Shown: positions 7,835-18,146 of the stretch, piece by piece | Layout of the letters: each line of letters starts with the position of its first letter | Position numbering within the stretch: the stretch's first letter is position 1 | From: an uncultured Fibrobacterota bacterium | Lineage (GTDB): Bacteria > Fibrobacterota > Chitinivibrionia > Chitinivibrionales > FEN-1185 | Direction of reading: 5' to 3' | NCBI GenBank assembly: GCA_963753345.1 | Contig: CAVWBU010000049.1 | Span: forward strand, 192,001-256,000 | DNA: 64,000 nt | Program-made: the position numbers and the translations under genes | Notes under the pieces: model-generated | What the model was told of the DNA's origin: nothing | Database searches by the model: none | The model's input: the letters and a program-made list of their open reading frames with translations, nothing else

Positions 7835-10768
7835 TTATTGTGCGGGACATCCTGCAGCCGGCAGCGGCTGAATAATCAACGAATCGAGCAGACCCTGGCA
7901 TTCCGCATACACTATTACCCCAATAGTTGGGACGTTAGCGAACGATTGGGGATACGTCAGCACGGTTCCAGCTCCGCCTTGGGAAGTCGTGATCGTTTTT
8001 GGAATGAGGATAAGGACATTAGGATTCGTGCACTTCAGACTATAGTTTACCGGAGTTCCATCTGCCACAGGGTTGCCGTTTGCGTCGCCAACTAGTGCCC
8101 CGACCCGTAACCCCCACATGCCGTCGTTATTGTCAATTAGTACAGCAGTGTCGACGTCTGGAGAATGCGGACACGGGCTAATTACGTTCGTACCCAAGGC
8201 AATCGCGAAAGGCGGGCCCGCAATCGTGAGGTACACGCTGTCCGACTTGATTCCATTGATGCTGCTTGCGACAATACCCACTCCACGAAACTTGCTCATC
8301 GTCGAACCCGAAACGAAATTGGCTGTTGCGATACCGTCAACCGTAGTGGCAACTACAGGAGGATCGATGTATTCGCCGGTTCCCGGGCCTGCAATCAAGT
8401 TAAACGACACCTGCTCGCTGGCAACACGGTTACCCTTAGCATCGAATGCGATTGCGGTCAGAACCGATTTGTCTCCATTTAACGCGACCATCGATGGAGT
8501 GGCCGTCAAAACGATGTTGGCCACCGGCAGAGATTTAAAGTAGAACTTGAATGTCGCGGATGTCGCTTCCGATGACGTTACGGCATAAACAAATACTGTG
8601 GCCGAGTCGGGGAATGCAGGATTGGTTATATTGATGGGAATAGTACCATTGTTGCTGGGAGTCAACGTGTACTGCTGGGCGAAATAGGAGGTGGAACTAA
8701 TGCTCCCCAAGCTCATGCTTACGTTGATTGTTGCATTGCCAATCGGGGTGGTCGCATCGCCCTGCAGATACTTGATCAAGAGATGCGTTATATCCGTTCC
8801 GTTTGCAATGCAGGTACTTGGATTGTTCGGATCGAAGCCGATGATTATGTGGTTTGAGGCGTATTGAATGACGACGTTTGCCGAGGCGCCCGCTGCCTGA
8901 AGCGTGATGGTGTCCGTGCCCGAGCCCGTGCCATAGACTTTGCAAATCCCGTTTCCCAGTGCGTTGGTGAGCGAGTTCGGCATAGAGATAAACGTTTTTG
9001 CCGGGAGCGGTAAAAAGGCGATTGTATCGCCCACAATGGGGTTATTGGCACCATCGACGAGAGACATTGATATGGTGCTCGAATCATTTCCGTTTGCGTT
9101 AATGATGAGGGGATTCGCGGAGGCCGTCAACTGCACGCCGGAAAACTGAACTTGGACCGTAACGAACTTTGTGAGGTCTTTTGCCATAGTTGCCCTGATA
9201 GTCGCGGTGGTATTTCTGCGGTCGCTCGTAAGAGTGGTGATGGCATTGCCGTTATTATCCGTTATCCCGACACCCGTAATCGTGCCCGCATTCGTGGTAA
9301 AGAGAATGCTGTCGCCCACAATTGGATTATTGATCGAATTCTTCTCCTGCACGGTAATCACCGACTGGCTCATTCCATCGGCATTCAGGACGGGTGGAAC
9401 CGCGGTTGCGACCAGCGCTCTCGTTGACACGATCGACAGCGAAGTGGTCGCGACAGCAAGATCGGTGGCCGAATTGAAGGCAGTGACTTCCAGTGTCATG
9501 ACGCATTCGTACGATACGGCGAAAATGTTAACCGCGCACTTTCCCGCGGAGTCGGTGGTGGCGGAAAGGTAATCACTCGTGTCCGCGCCGTTGATCTGTT
9601 TATATGACCGCTTGATCTGAATGGTCTTGCCTGCAAGCGGCGATCCGTTGTAGCTGCTGAGCATGGCGTGCAGCAGGGATGATTTCGTTGGGTCGGGTGG
9701 CAGAGTCATGTTGTCGAGGGAAATCGACAACGTGAGGTCGGTGACGATTATCATGGTGGCGGACATGGCGCCCGCAGCAGAAACCCGGACGGAATCCTTG
9801 CCGCTCGCCTTGCCCTTGATGACGCATTGCGCGTTCCCACTCGTCCCTGTGACGGTGTCCTTGGAAACTATCGACAGATTGGAAGCCGTGCCGTTCCCGA
9901 GAATGAATTGAATCGGTGCATAGGGGATGGGCGCGTTTGACCCATTCGTGAGGACAGCAGTAATCGTGGTTTGGCCTGAAAGTTTCAGGGATGTCGAGTC
10001 GTCGTGAAGCGCTATGGATACCCCGCTAAACACCACCTTTGTCTGGGCGTTCTTGGTCTTGTCCGATACGAGATATGCGGTAACAAATGCTGTGTCGTTT
10101 ACATTTGCGCTTGTGAGCACCGCCTCTGCGACGCCCTGGGAGTTCGTTGCAGATTGTCCGGACCCGGAACAGCCGGTTGATGACCCCATAATCATGCCGG
10201 CGCTTGAGATAAACTGGATGCATTGGCCCACGATGGGGTTGTTGTTTTCGTCTTTGAGGGTCACATTGATTGTGGTATTGTCGGCGCCGTCGGCCTTTAA
10301 GATGGCGCGCGACGGAATGATAAGAAACTCTTTTTCAATCTTGTCCGGCGTATTGGTAACTTCGATGGAAAGTGTCGTAGTGGACTGTCCGCAGGTGAAA
10401 AGGAGATTTACCACGGCTTTTGCCGTGTCCATCATTTTGAAAACGGCGCGGCCTTTCGCGCTTGTGTACAGGGTTTCTGCCGAAACCCAGCCGTCCGAGG
10501 GTGTGCATATGACACGGGCATTGGCAAGCGGGTCGTTGTGGATGCTGTCCGTCATAACAGTGACGGTGACGGCAAGGGTTTCCTTCAGTCCCACGTAGAG
10601 GCTGTCGGGAACAACCATGAGATACGGCGCGATGGTCGCACCCGGTCCGGAAGGGCTGGTGGGGCCGGTGGGCGCAAGCGAGCCGTTATCGTTTTTGATG
10701 GTGCATAGAACCAGAAAGCACGCCACACACAAAGCTCCGATTCCGGCCAGAACTCGTAGGGTTTTCAC
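7835..10768 (-). CDS. Large surface (lipo)protein with tandem Big-1 (invasin/intimin-type Ig-like) domains
   Basis: AGGAGG RBS then GTG at 10768; signal peptide ending in Cys; repeated LxADGxxxxxIxVxxxDxxxNPIVG and TDxxGxA motifs; Thr/Ser-rich. Confidence 0.8.
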   Translation of the reverse strand: MKTLRVLAGIGALCVACFLVLCTIKNDNGSLAPTGPTSPSGPGATIAPYLMVVPDSLYVGLKETLAVTVTVMTDSIHNDPLANARVICTPSDGWVSAETLYTSAKGRAVFKMMDTAKAVVNLLFTCGQSTTTLSIEVTNTPDKIEKEFLIIPSRAILKADGADNTTINVTLKDENNNPIVGQCIQFISSAGMIMGSSTGCSGSGQSATNSQGVAEAVLTSANVNDTAFVTAYLVSDKTKNAQTKVVFSGVSIALHDDSTSLKLSGQTTITAVLTNGSNAPIPYAPIQFILGNGTASNLSIVSKDTVTGTSGNAQCVIKGKASGKDSVRVSAAGAMSATMIIVTDLTLSISLDNMTLPPDPTKSSLLHAMLSSYNGSPLAGKTIQIKRSYKQINGADTSDYLSATTDSAGKCAVNIFAVSYECVMTLEVTAFNSATDLAVATTSLSIVSTRALVATAVPPVLNADGMSQSVITVQEKNSINNPIVGDSILFTTNAGTITGVGITDNNGNAITTLTSDRRNTTATIRATMAKDLTKFVTVQVQFSGVQLTASANPLIINANGNDSSTISMSLVDGANNPIVGDTIAFLPLPAKTFISMPNSLTNALGNGICKVYGTGSGTDTITLQAAGASANVVIQYASNHIIIGFDPNNPSTCIANGTDITHLLIKYLQGDATTPIGNATINVSMSLGSISSTSYFAQQYTLTPSNNGTIPINITNPAFPDSATVFVYAVTSSEATSATFKFYFKSLPVANIVLTATPSMVALNGDKSVLTAIAFDAKGNRVASEQVSFNLIAGPGTGEYIDPPVVATTVDGIATANFVSGSTMSKFRGVGIVASSINGIKSDSVYLTIAGPPFAIALGTNVISPCPHSPDVDTAVLIDNNDGMWGLRVGALVGDANGNPVADGTPVNYSLKCTNPNVLILIPKTITTSQGGAGTVLTYPQSFANVPTIGVIVYAECQGLLDSLIIQPLPAAGCPAQ

Positions 10769-11118
10769 GGAAGATCCTCCTTCAAATTCGTATTTGAACA
10801 GATTCGCGTTACCTGTGACACGGAACATGGCTCGGCAACCGGTCCCCTGCACAGACGGCATGCACCGCGCATGTGGCGGCCGGAGGCGACGTAGGGCTGA
10901 TTTCGGGCATTTTGTTTCTCACGGGAGAACCCAAAGGGAATAATGTATTTTGTCTCGAACGTGTCCCTCCCGTATATCACTTTTTGTCAATAAACGTTCG
11001 TTGCCGGAATACGGGGACTCGTCTGGATAGATTATATCTTTTCATGCTGTATGGAAATCAACATATTTGATCCACTTTCGCACTTTTCGCGTCCTCGCCG
11101 CGCGGGGAGCGCCGCGCA

Positions 11119-12423
11119 ATGACCGCACAGGGGCTCACTGTTAAATCGGTCATCGCCGGGCTTCCCGGGCGCGCGTGCGGCATCCGGAAGGGCGACGAAG
11201 TCATTTCCGTCAACGGCGTTCCCGTGGCCGATGAAACCGATTTCCGGTTCGAAACCGCACAGCAGGTCTCCCGGATTGTGGTGCGGCGCAACCGGCACGT
11301 CATTTCCCTCTTGCTTTTCAGGCCGCACTCCACGGAAACGGGAGTGACCTTTGCCGACGCGGGGATTGCACGGTGCTCCAACCGCTGCATCTTCTGCTTT
11401 ATCGACCAGATGCCACCGGGTCTGCGGGCGAGCCTCTACGTGAAGGACGAGGACGTCATGCATTCCTTTGTCAACGGCAATTACGTTACGCTTGCCGCCA
11501 TGACCCCTTCCCGGCTCCACCGCCTCTGCAGGCTTGGACTGTCGCCGCTCTACGTCTCTGTCCACGCCACGGATCATGCGGTGCGGCAGCGGATGCTCGG
11601 CAACAGGCGCATCGGCGTCATCATGGATCAGCTCGGGTATCTTGAAAAGAACGGGCTCCGTTTCCATGCCCAGATCGTGGTGTGTCCGGGATTCAACGAT
11701 GGTGCCGTGCTCTCCCGGACCGTCCTTGATTTATGCGGGTTTGCAAAGGGGCTTCTGTCGGTCGCTGTGGTGCCGGTCGGTCTGACAAAATACCAAAACC
11801 GCCTTCTCAAACCGGTCGGCCGTGACGTTGCGCGGCGCATCTGCTCCGAGGTCGCGGCCCTCGGCGGCCGTGACCTGCGGCGCGCGGGCCGGCGCAGAGT
11901 GTTTTGCGCCGACGAGCTGTTCATCGCCGCCGGCCTTCCCCTTCCGCCGGCACGCTATTACGAAGAATACCCCCAGCTGGAAAACGGCGTGGGCCTCGTG
12001 CGACGGCTGCTTGACGAATGGAGAACAGCGAAGCGCGCGCTGGCGGCCGGCCGCACGATCCGCCGGAATGCGGCGCGTGCGCGGCAAGTGCTGCTTGTCA
12101 CTTCGGAATCGGCGTACCCGTATGTCGCGCGCATCGCGGGAGAACTGCCGGAGGTTGTTCCGCGTTTGCAGATCCGGACCATCGCCGCGAAAAACGAATT
12201 CTTCGGGGGACATGTTACGGTTGCCGGACTGCTCACGGCCGCCGATATCATGCGGGCCGCGAGAAAGGCCGGATGCCGCGGGAGCAGGGTGATTCTGCCC
12301 GGCATCGTTCTCAACCGCTTTGGCCATACGCTCGACGGATACTCGCTCAGGCGGATCGGAACAACGCTCGGTGCTGCCGTTTCGGCCGCCGGTTCAATTT
12401 CCGAATTGGTGCGACTTTTATGA
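11119..12423 (+). CDS. PDZ + DUF512 putative Fe-S (radical SAM-like) oxidoreductase
   Basis: N-terminal GIRKGDEVISVNG PDZ segment; CSNRCIFCFIDQMPPGLRASLYVKDED; YPQLENGVG; FFGGHVTVAGLLT. Confidence 0.88.
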   Translation: MTAQGLTVKSVIAGLPGRACGIRKGDEVISVNGVPVADETDFRFETAQQVSRIVVRRNRHVISLLLFRPHSTETGVTFADAGIARCSNRCIFCFIDQMPPGLRASLYVKDEDVMHSFVNGNYVTLAAMTPSRLHRLCRLGLSPLYVSVHATDHAVRQRMLGNRRIGVIMDQLGYLEKNGLRFHAQIVVCPGFNDGAVLSRTVLDLCGFAKGLLSVAVVPVGLTKYQNRLLKPVGRDVARRICSEVAALGGRDLRRAGRRRVFCADELFIAAGLPLPPARYYEEYPQLENGVGLVRRLLDEWRTAKRALAAGRTIRRNAARARQVLLVTSESAYPYVARIAGELPEVVPRLQIRTIAAKNEFFGGHVTVAGLLTAADIMRAARKAGCRGSRVILPGIVLNRFGHTLDGYSLRRIGTTLGAAVSAAGSISELVRLL

Positions 12424-13181
12424 ATGGAGCAAACATCGCATTGCCGGTCCGGCTCAACAAATATCTTGCGGGCTGCGGGCTTGGGTCGCGGCGCGCCTGC
12501 GACGGCATCATTGGCGCAGGCAGGATTTACGTGAACGGCGCCAAGGTCACTGCGCTCGGCACCAAGGTGGTTCCGGGGCTCGACCGGGTGGAGTATCTCG
12601 GGCGCATGCTGTCGCCGGTCGTCGCCTTCCGGTACCTTGCGTACCACAAGCCGCAGAGCGTGATCGTCACCAAGTCCGATCCCGAGGGCCGCACCACGAT
12701 TTTCGACGCGCTCAAGGAAACCGGATGCGACGCCGGCGGCCTCAACTACGTGGGGCGTCTCGACGTTGCCTCCGAGGGACTCCTGCTCCTGACCAACGAC
12801 GGCAGTCTGATTCACGCGCTCACGCACCCGCGCTACCGCATCAAGAAGGTGTACGACGTCAAGATTGACAGACAGCTTACACCCGCCGATGGTGCGAAGA
12901 TGACCGGTGAAGGGATAGAATCCGAGGGACAGGTGCTTAAGGCGGGAGCCATACGCGAAACCGGACTTGCGGATGGATTCTGGTATCATGTCGATTTGTA
13001 CGAGGGAAAGAAGCGGCAGATCCGCCGCATGTTCGCGGGTCTCGGATACGCGGTGAAAAGGCTGCGGCGGACCCAGTTTGCATCGGTGAAGCTCGGCGAC
13101 CTTGCTCCCGGCGCCGTACGCGAACTTACCCAGCGCGAGATCGATGCGCTGCGCTCGGCCGGCTTTCCCCGCGGCCGGTGA
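12420..13181 (+). CDS. rRNA pseudouridine synthase (RsuA/RluB/E/F family) with S4 domain
   Basis: RLNKYLAGCGLGSRR S4 domain; VGRLDVASEGLLLLTNDG; EGKKRQIRRM; ATGA overlap with the upstream stop. Confidence 0.92.
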   Translation: MNGANIALPVRLNKYLAGCGLGSRRACDGIIGAGRIYVNGAKVTALGTKVVPGLDRVEYLGRMLSPVVAFRYLAYHKPQSVIVTKSDPEGRTTIFDALKETGCDAGGLNYVGRLDVASEGLLLLTNDGSLIHALTHPRYRIKKVYDVKIDRQLTPADGAKMTGEGIESEGQVLKAGAIRETGLADGFWYHVDLYEGKKRQIRRMFAGLGYAVKRLRRTQFASVKLGDLAPGAVRELTQREIDALRSAGFPRGR

Positions 13182-13204
13182 CGCCGGAACTCGCTACCTG
13201 ACAA

Positions 13205-13233
13205 TTGCATTTTCCCGGACGCGACACTATAAT
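13205..13233 (+). promoter_or_regulatory. Putative sigma70 promoter
   Basis: TTGCAT-N17-TATAAT about 65 nt upstream of ATG 13298. Confidence 0.65.
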
Positions 13234-13297
13234 CAGACAGGCGGAGCCCGGCCGGCCGGCCGCGGCCTTGCCTTGTGCCACGGCAGGAACAAAGCCT

Positions 13298-14881
13298 ATG
13301 GACATCTCTTTCGCCGACGCGGACCGGCTCTTTTCGAAGCTTTCGGGTTATCCCGACGGCATCGTGATTGTCAACGCAGGCGGCGTGGTCCGGTTTGCCA
13401 ATCCTCTTGCCCTGCTTTTCTTCGGCGGCGGGGCCGGCACGCTGGAGGGGAAATCCCTCGGCCTGGCCGTGAGGCCCGGGGAGACCTTCGAGCATGAAAC
13501 CGGAGGCCGCACCCTTGAGGTCCGCGCCGCCCCGATTCTGCTGGACGGCGAAAGCGGATTCCTTCTTGCCATCCGCGACGCGAGCGCGCGAAAGCGCTCC
13601 GAAGGCCAGCTTGCCGCGGCCATGAGCGACCTGAGGCTCGCGCTGGCCTCGGAGAAGGTGCTTCTCAACGAACTTGACAAAAAGAACAAGGAGCTCACCG
13701 AGCTCTCCATCACCGACGGACTCACCGGCCTGTACAACCACCGCTATATCCAGGAACGGTTCGAATTCGAGTTCAAGCGCGTCAAGCGGTACGGGGGAAA
13801 CCTGAGCTGCATGATGATCGACATCGACCATTTCAAGGCGCTCAACGACACGTGCGGCCACCAGTGCGGCGATTTCGTGCTGCGGGAACTTTCCGATCTT
13901 ATCAAGCTGCTTTCACGGGAAGTCGACATCTGCGGCAGGTACGGCGGCGAGGAATTTGTGGTCCTCACCAGCGTCGCGCTCGAACAAACCGTGCTGCACG
14001 CTTCCAAACTCCATGCCGCGATTGATACCCACGCATTTGTATGGATGGGCAAAAGGCTCCACCTCACCGTGAGTATCGGTGTGGCGGATTTCAGGCCCGG
14101 CATGAGAGACCGCCGCGAGCTCATCGAAAGGGCCGACAAGGCCATGTACCGGGCGAAGGAGGACGGACGGAACCTTATCAGGATATGGAAAGAGAACCAG
14201 GGAGCCGGCGAAGCGTCGGCCGACCACGCCGCCGCGCAGGAGCTTCGGAAGAAATTCGCAGACCTTGCGGGCCGCATGCGCTCGTCCTGCATGGAACAGA
14301 CAATTGCTCTTGTCAATGCCGTTGACGCACGGGACCCTTTTGCAAAAGAACATTCCCCGAGCGTTTCGTCCGTTTCGGCGGAAATCGCGCGCGGGATGGG
14401 CTTCTCCGAGGCGGACGTTGCGGTCGTCAGAAACGCGGGGCTCCTTCACGATGTGGGGAACATTGCGGTAAGCCGGGACATTCTTGTCAAAAGAGGCCCT
14501 CTTTCGGGCGAGGAATTCGAGGTGATCCGCAAACATCCGGCCATCAGCGTCACCATCCTCAAAGACCTCGGGTTTGTCGAACCGGAGCTTCCCGTCATCC
14601 TGCATCACCACGAACGCTTTGACGGCACCGGGTATCCGCACGGGCTCAAGGGGCGCGAAATACCGGCGGGGGCGCGCATTCTTGCGGTGGCAGATGCTTT
14701 CGACGCCATGACGTCCGGCAGGGCGTACAGGAAGGAAATGCCGATCGAAGAGGCGGTTGCCGCGCTCACGGCAGGCAGCGGTTCGCAGTTTGCGCCCGAC
14801 GTGGTGCAGGCGTTCCTGCAGATTCTTGAAAGGAAGGGCCAATGGCCTTTCCAAAAGAAAATACCGGAAAACCGGATTTGA
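13298..14881 (+). CDS. PAS-like/coiled-coil + GGDEF diguanylate cyclase + HD-GYP phosphodiesterase
   Basis: TDGLTGLYN, DIDHFK, RxxD I-site (REVD) before RYGGEEF; LLHDVG, HHHERFDGTGYP, VADAFDAMTS. Confidence 0.92.
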   Translation: MDISFADADRLFSKLSGYPDGIVIVNAGGVVRFANPLALLFFGGGAGTLEGKSLGLAVRPGETFEHETGGRTLEVRAAPILLDGESGFLLAIRDASARKRSEGQLAAAMSDLRLALASEKVLLNELDKKNKELTELSITDGLTGLYNHRYIQERFEFEFKRVKRYGGNLSCMMIDIDHFKALNDTCGHQCGDFVLRELSDLIKLLSREVDICGRYGGEEFVVLTSVALEQTVLHASKLHAAIDTHAFVWMGKRLHLTVSIGVADFRPGMRDRRELIERADKAMYRAKEDGRNLIRIWKENQGAGEASADHAAAQELRKKFADLAGRMRSSCMEQTIALVNAVDARDPFAKEHSPSVSSVSAEIARGMGFSEADVAVVRNAGLLHDVGNIAVSRDILVKRGPLSGEEFEVIRKHPAISVTILKDLGFVEPELPVILHHHERFDGTGYPHGLKGREIPAGARILAVADAFDAMTSGRAYRKEMPIEEAVAALTAGSGSQFAPDVVQAFLQILERKGQWPFQKKIPENRI

Positions 14882-14957
14882 TAATGTATGATTAATGTTG
14901 TGGCCGAACAATAGACGCCGCAACTATTTTTTGTGCGGAACCGTGCGGGGGAACGAA

Positions 14958-15302
14958 ATGAAGATCAGGATCGAATCGGTCGGCAGCGTGTCGGTTGTCT
15001 TCATCGACGGGAACGTTCTGCAGGAAAACGTGCCCATTTTCCGGGTAAAGCTCCTCGAGCTCGTGGAGGAGGGCAAGGTAAACATCGTCCTCGACATGGT
15101 CGCTTCCAATTATATAAGCAGCATGTGCCTCGCCACTATCGTGGATGTCAAGAAAAGGCTCGCCGAACTCTCCGGCGACCTGAGGCTCGCCCGCGTCAAC
15201 AATCTCGTGCGGAACCTCCTGGAAACCACCAGCCTCATCAAGAAGATCGAAACGTTCGACGACATCGATTCCGCCGTGCAATCGTTTTCCAGGCAGAAAT
15301 AA
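14958..15302 (+). CDS. STAS-domain anti-sigma factor antagonist
   Basis: IVLDMVASNYISSMCL, GDLRLARVN; ~114 aa. Confidence 0.85.
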   Translation: MKIRIESVGSVSVVFIDGNVLQENVPIFRVKLLELVEEGKVNIVLDMVASNYISSMCLATIVDVKKRLAELSGDLRLARVNNLVRNLLETTSLIKKIETFDDIDSAVQSFSRQK

Positions 15303-15328
15303 GGCGCGGCCCGCGCCGCATGCCGGCG

Positions 15329-18068
15329 CTATGTTCCGGTGCGCGGCGTTTTGGTCCAGACAGGGCGAAAAAGATTCTGCTCCCGCCTGAGGCATTCTCT
15401 TCTTGTAGCCAGAAAATCCCAGCATGACAATCCCGGGAACAGCGCCTGCAGGAGTTCCTGCGGTTTGCAGGTTTTCCCCGGCGCCATGGACAGCACGGCG
15501 CTGAATCCCACAGCGAGCGCATTCCCCGGAGCCTGCTCCGGGGTTAGCGAGCGACTATAAGCATGTTTTCTTTCCATAGGGATGGAAGATTCCCCGTCCC
15601 GCGGGACTGCGGGGTTATTCAACGAGGGCGGGCCGTCCGCTCTGTCATTTGACGAAAGCGAATAGACCAGCGGCCTGATGTTTTTGTTCGAAGTCTTTCC
15701 TTCCTTCACAACGGTCACCGTCGCTTCGGTTCGGGAGAGAAACGAGCGGATCGCTGCAGCCAGCGACGCAGCGGTAAAGCCCTGCGGCAGCGGCGCGCCC
15801 AGCGGCTCAAACCGGTAGTCTGCCGCGCAGATATCGGCGCTGAGCGACGCGTGCTTCCCCGGGATTTCCTCAAAATCAACGACCACGAGCCCGTGCGGAA
15901 GCCTGCGGTTGATTTCCGCGCACATGCCGCTGGGCGCGCGGGGCGCGTCAACATTCCGGCAAAGCACCGCGTCGAACATTTCCGCGTCGCCGGCGATGCC
16001 GAGCGAAAGCGGCGGCCCGAACGCGACGAGCGGGTGGGGCCGGCACCCTTCCGAGAACGCAAGCGGAATCCCGGCGGCGTGAAGGGCGCGGTGGAAAACG
16101 CCTACCATGTCCAGGTGGCCGAGGAACCGGATCCCTGGTTCCTTTCTGTAAAGAAACCTGATACGGTGCCTCGTGGAAGACCGGGCGGGCGCGGTCCGTG
16201 CGGGAGACAACCTGTCCGGCGGCGGGCCGTCAGCGACCCGCCGGCCGGCGTGAGTCTCGTCCGGGCCGCACACCCCGCACCCGGAGCAAGAACCTGTCCT
16301 GCAGTCGGTCGTGATTTCGCCTCTTGCGGCCTTGTCGCGTTCCTTTTGCAGGAAGGCGCCGGACACGCCGATGGACACGGCCGACCACGGCAGCGGCTGG
16401 TCAATGGGAAGAACTCCGCAGAATTTCTCCAGATCGGTTCCGCTCTTTTCCGATGCGTTTTTCCATCGGCTCAGGTCGAAATGTTCGTCCCACCCGTCGA
16501 ACCGGGCGCCCGCCTTCCAAGCGGCGTGGATGCAGGCCGAAAGGCTCCTGTCCCCGCGCGCCAGAACGGTTTCGAGGAAGGCCATGGCGGGATCGCGGTA
16601 CGCCGTTTTCACGTTGCGCTGCCGGGCAAGCGCGTTTTTGACGGCCTTGGATTTCCGGAGCAGGTTTTCCTGCGTGTCCATGGCGTCCCACTGAAACGGC
16701 GTGTGCGGCTTGGGGGAAAACGGCGAGAGCGCCACGTTGATGGTCACCCTGTGCGAAAGCCGCCAGGCTGCGCCGGCGATGTCCGTGCTGAGCCTCACGA
16801 TTCCCGCGATGTCGTCGTCGGTCTCGGTGGGCAGGCCGATCATGAAGTAGAGCTTGATGGTCTGCACATTTCTTTTAAGCAGCATGGCGACGGTGGCCAT
16901 GATCTGGTCGTCGGAGAACCCCTTGTTGATCACGTTTCTCAGGCGCTGGGTCCCGGCCTCGGGCGCGATGGTGAACGAAGAGAGCGGCGCAACGGCCTGC
17001 AGGGCGTCGAGGTCCGATTCGGTGAGCGCGTCGATCCGCGTTGACGGAAGCGAAAGGGAGACGTGTTCTTGTTTGGAAAATTCGGCCGCCGCGCGCAGCA
17101 GGGGAGCAAGGCCGCCGTAGTCCGCGGTGGAAAGCGACAGGAGCCCCGCCTCCCTCCATCCCGTGGCGGTAAATCCGTCCTTGAGCTGGGAAACGATGCT
17201 CGTTACGGGCCGTTCGCGCACGGGCCGGTAGTAGAAACCGGCGGCGCAGAACCTGCACCCCCGGGAACACCCGCGCAGCACTTCCACCACGAGCCGGTGG
17301 TGCACTACGTTGACGAGCGGGACAATGGGCCGGGACGGATAGGAATCGTCGGAAAGGTCAGCTAATTTTTGCGGCGCGGACGGGTTGCCGAGGCTCGGCC
17401 GGAACAAAAAACATTCCCGAGCGCCTGACCTCGTGCAGGGAAGGAACATACACGCCGTCAACCTTCTCCAGCGCTTTCAGGATATCGGGCTTGGCCGCGC
17501 CGCCGCGTTTCGACCGTTCCAGGATTTCGCAGATCGACACCACCGCCTCTTCGCCGTCGCCGACCACGAACGCGTCGATGAAATCGGCCAGGGGCTCCGG
17601 GTTGCCCATCACCGAGCCGCCCGCGACAACAAGGGGAAATACCGCGGTACGGTCGCGGCGGAAAACCGGAAGGCCGGCAAGATCGAGCATGTTCACGAGG
17701 TTGGCGTACTGCAACTCGTAGTTCACCGAGAACCCGATCCAGTCGGCGTCTTTGACGGGCGCGAGGTACTCGAGCGAAAACAGCGGGATGCTTCCGGACC
17801 GCATGATCCGCTCCGCGTCGGTCCAGGGGTGATAGCACCGGGAGAGCGCCCACGACGGGCGCTTGTTGACAAGGTGATAGAGAATCTGGCCGCCGTAATG
17901 CGACATGCCGATCTCGTAGGTCTCCGGGAAGCACAAAACGCCGTGGAGGGAAAGCGCGGCGGGGTCCTTGCGGATGCTGCTCATCTCGCCGCCCGCGTAC
18001 TGCATGGGCTTCTGGACAAAAGGGAAGAATTCCCGTTCGAGCCTGCGTCTCATGCCGGCGGTTTCCAT
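15329..18068 (-). CDS. TIGR03960-type radical SAM protein fused to a TIGR03936-type radical SAM-linked domain; split by a +1 indel near 17365
   Basis: VQKPMQYAGGE, FPETYEIGMSH, RGCSRGCRFC, APEAGTQRLRNVINK, GARFDGW, RFLGHLD, FGPPLSLG. Removing one base joins ...RAAKI to ADLSDDSYP. Confidence 0.88.
15506..15622 (+). mobile_element. 117-bp non-autonomous palindromic element (IS200/IS605-type ends) inserted in frame in a CDS
   Basis: Begins TCCCACAGC right after TGAA, ends GGGGTTATTCAA; hairpin CCCCGGAGC/GCTCCGGGG; homologous to 61331-61492. Confidence 0.8.
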
Positions 18069-18146
18069 CGTGTGCATACCCCCGCACACAAAATAATTCG
18101 GCCGCGCCCGCGCGGACGCGGCGGAAATCACGGGGTCGGCCGGATG

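Noticed and set aside
10800-10940. Possible c-di-GMP riboswitch in the Big-1 gene leader (GGTTGCCGA on the minus strand)
   Set aside because: The GGCAAA/GAAA P1-P2 core could not be found by eye; an Rfam search is needed.
17358-17375. Programmed frameshift or selenocysteine readthrough at AAAAATTAGCTGA
   Set aside because: The downstream domain is in another frame, so readthrough cannot join the parts. There is no canonical slippery heptamer, and similar indels are scattered through the window.
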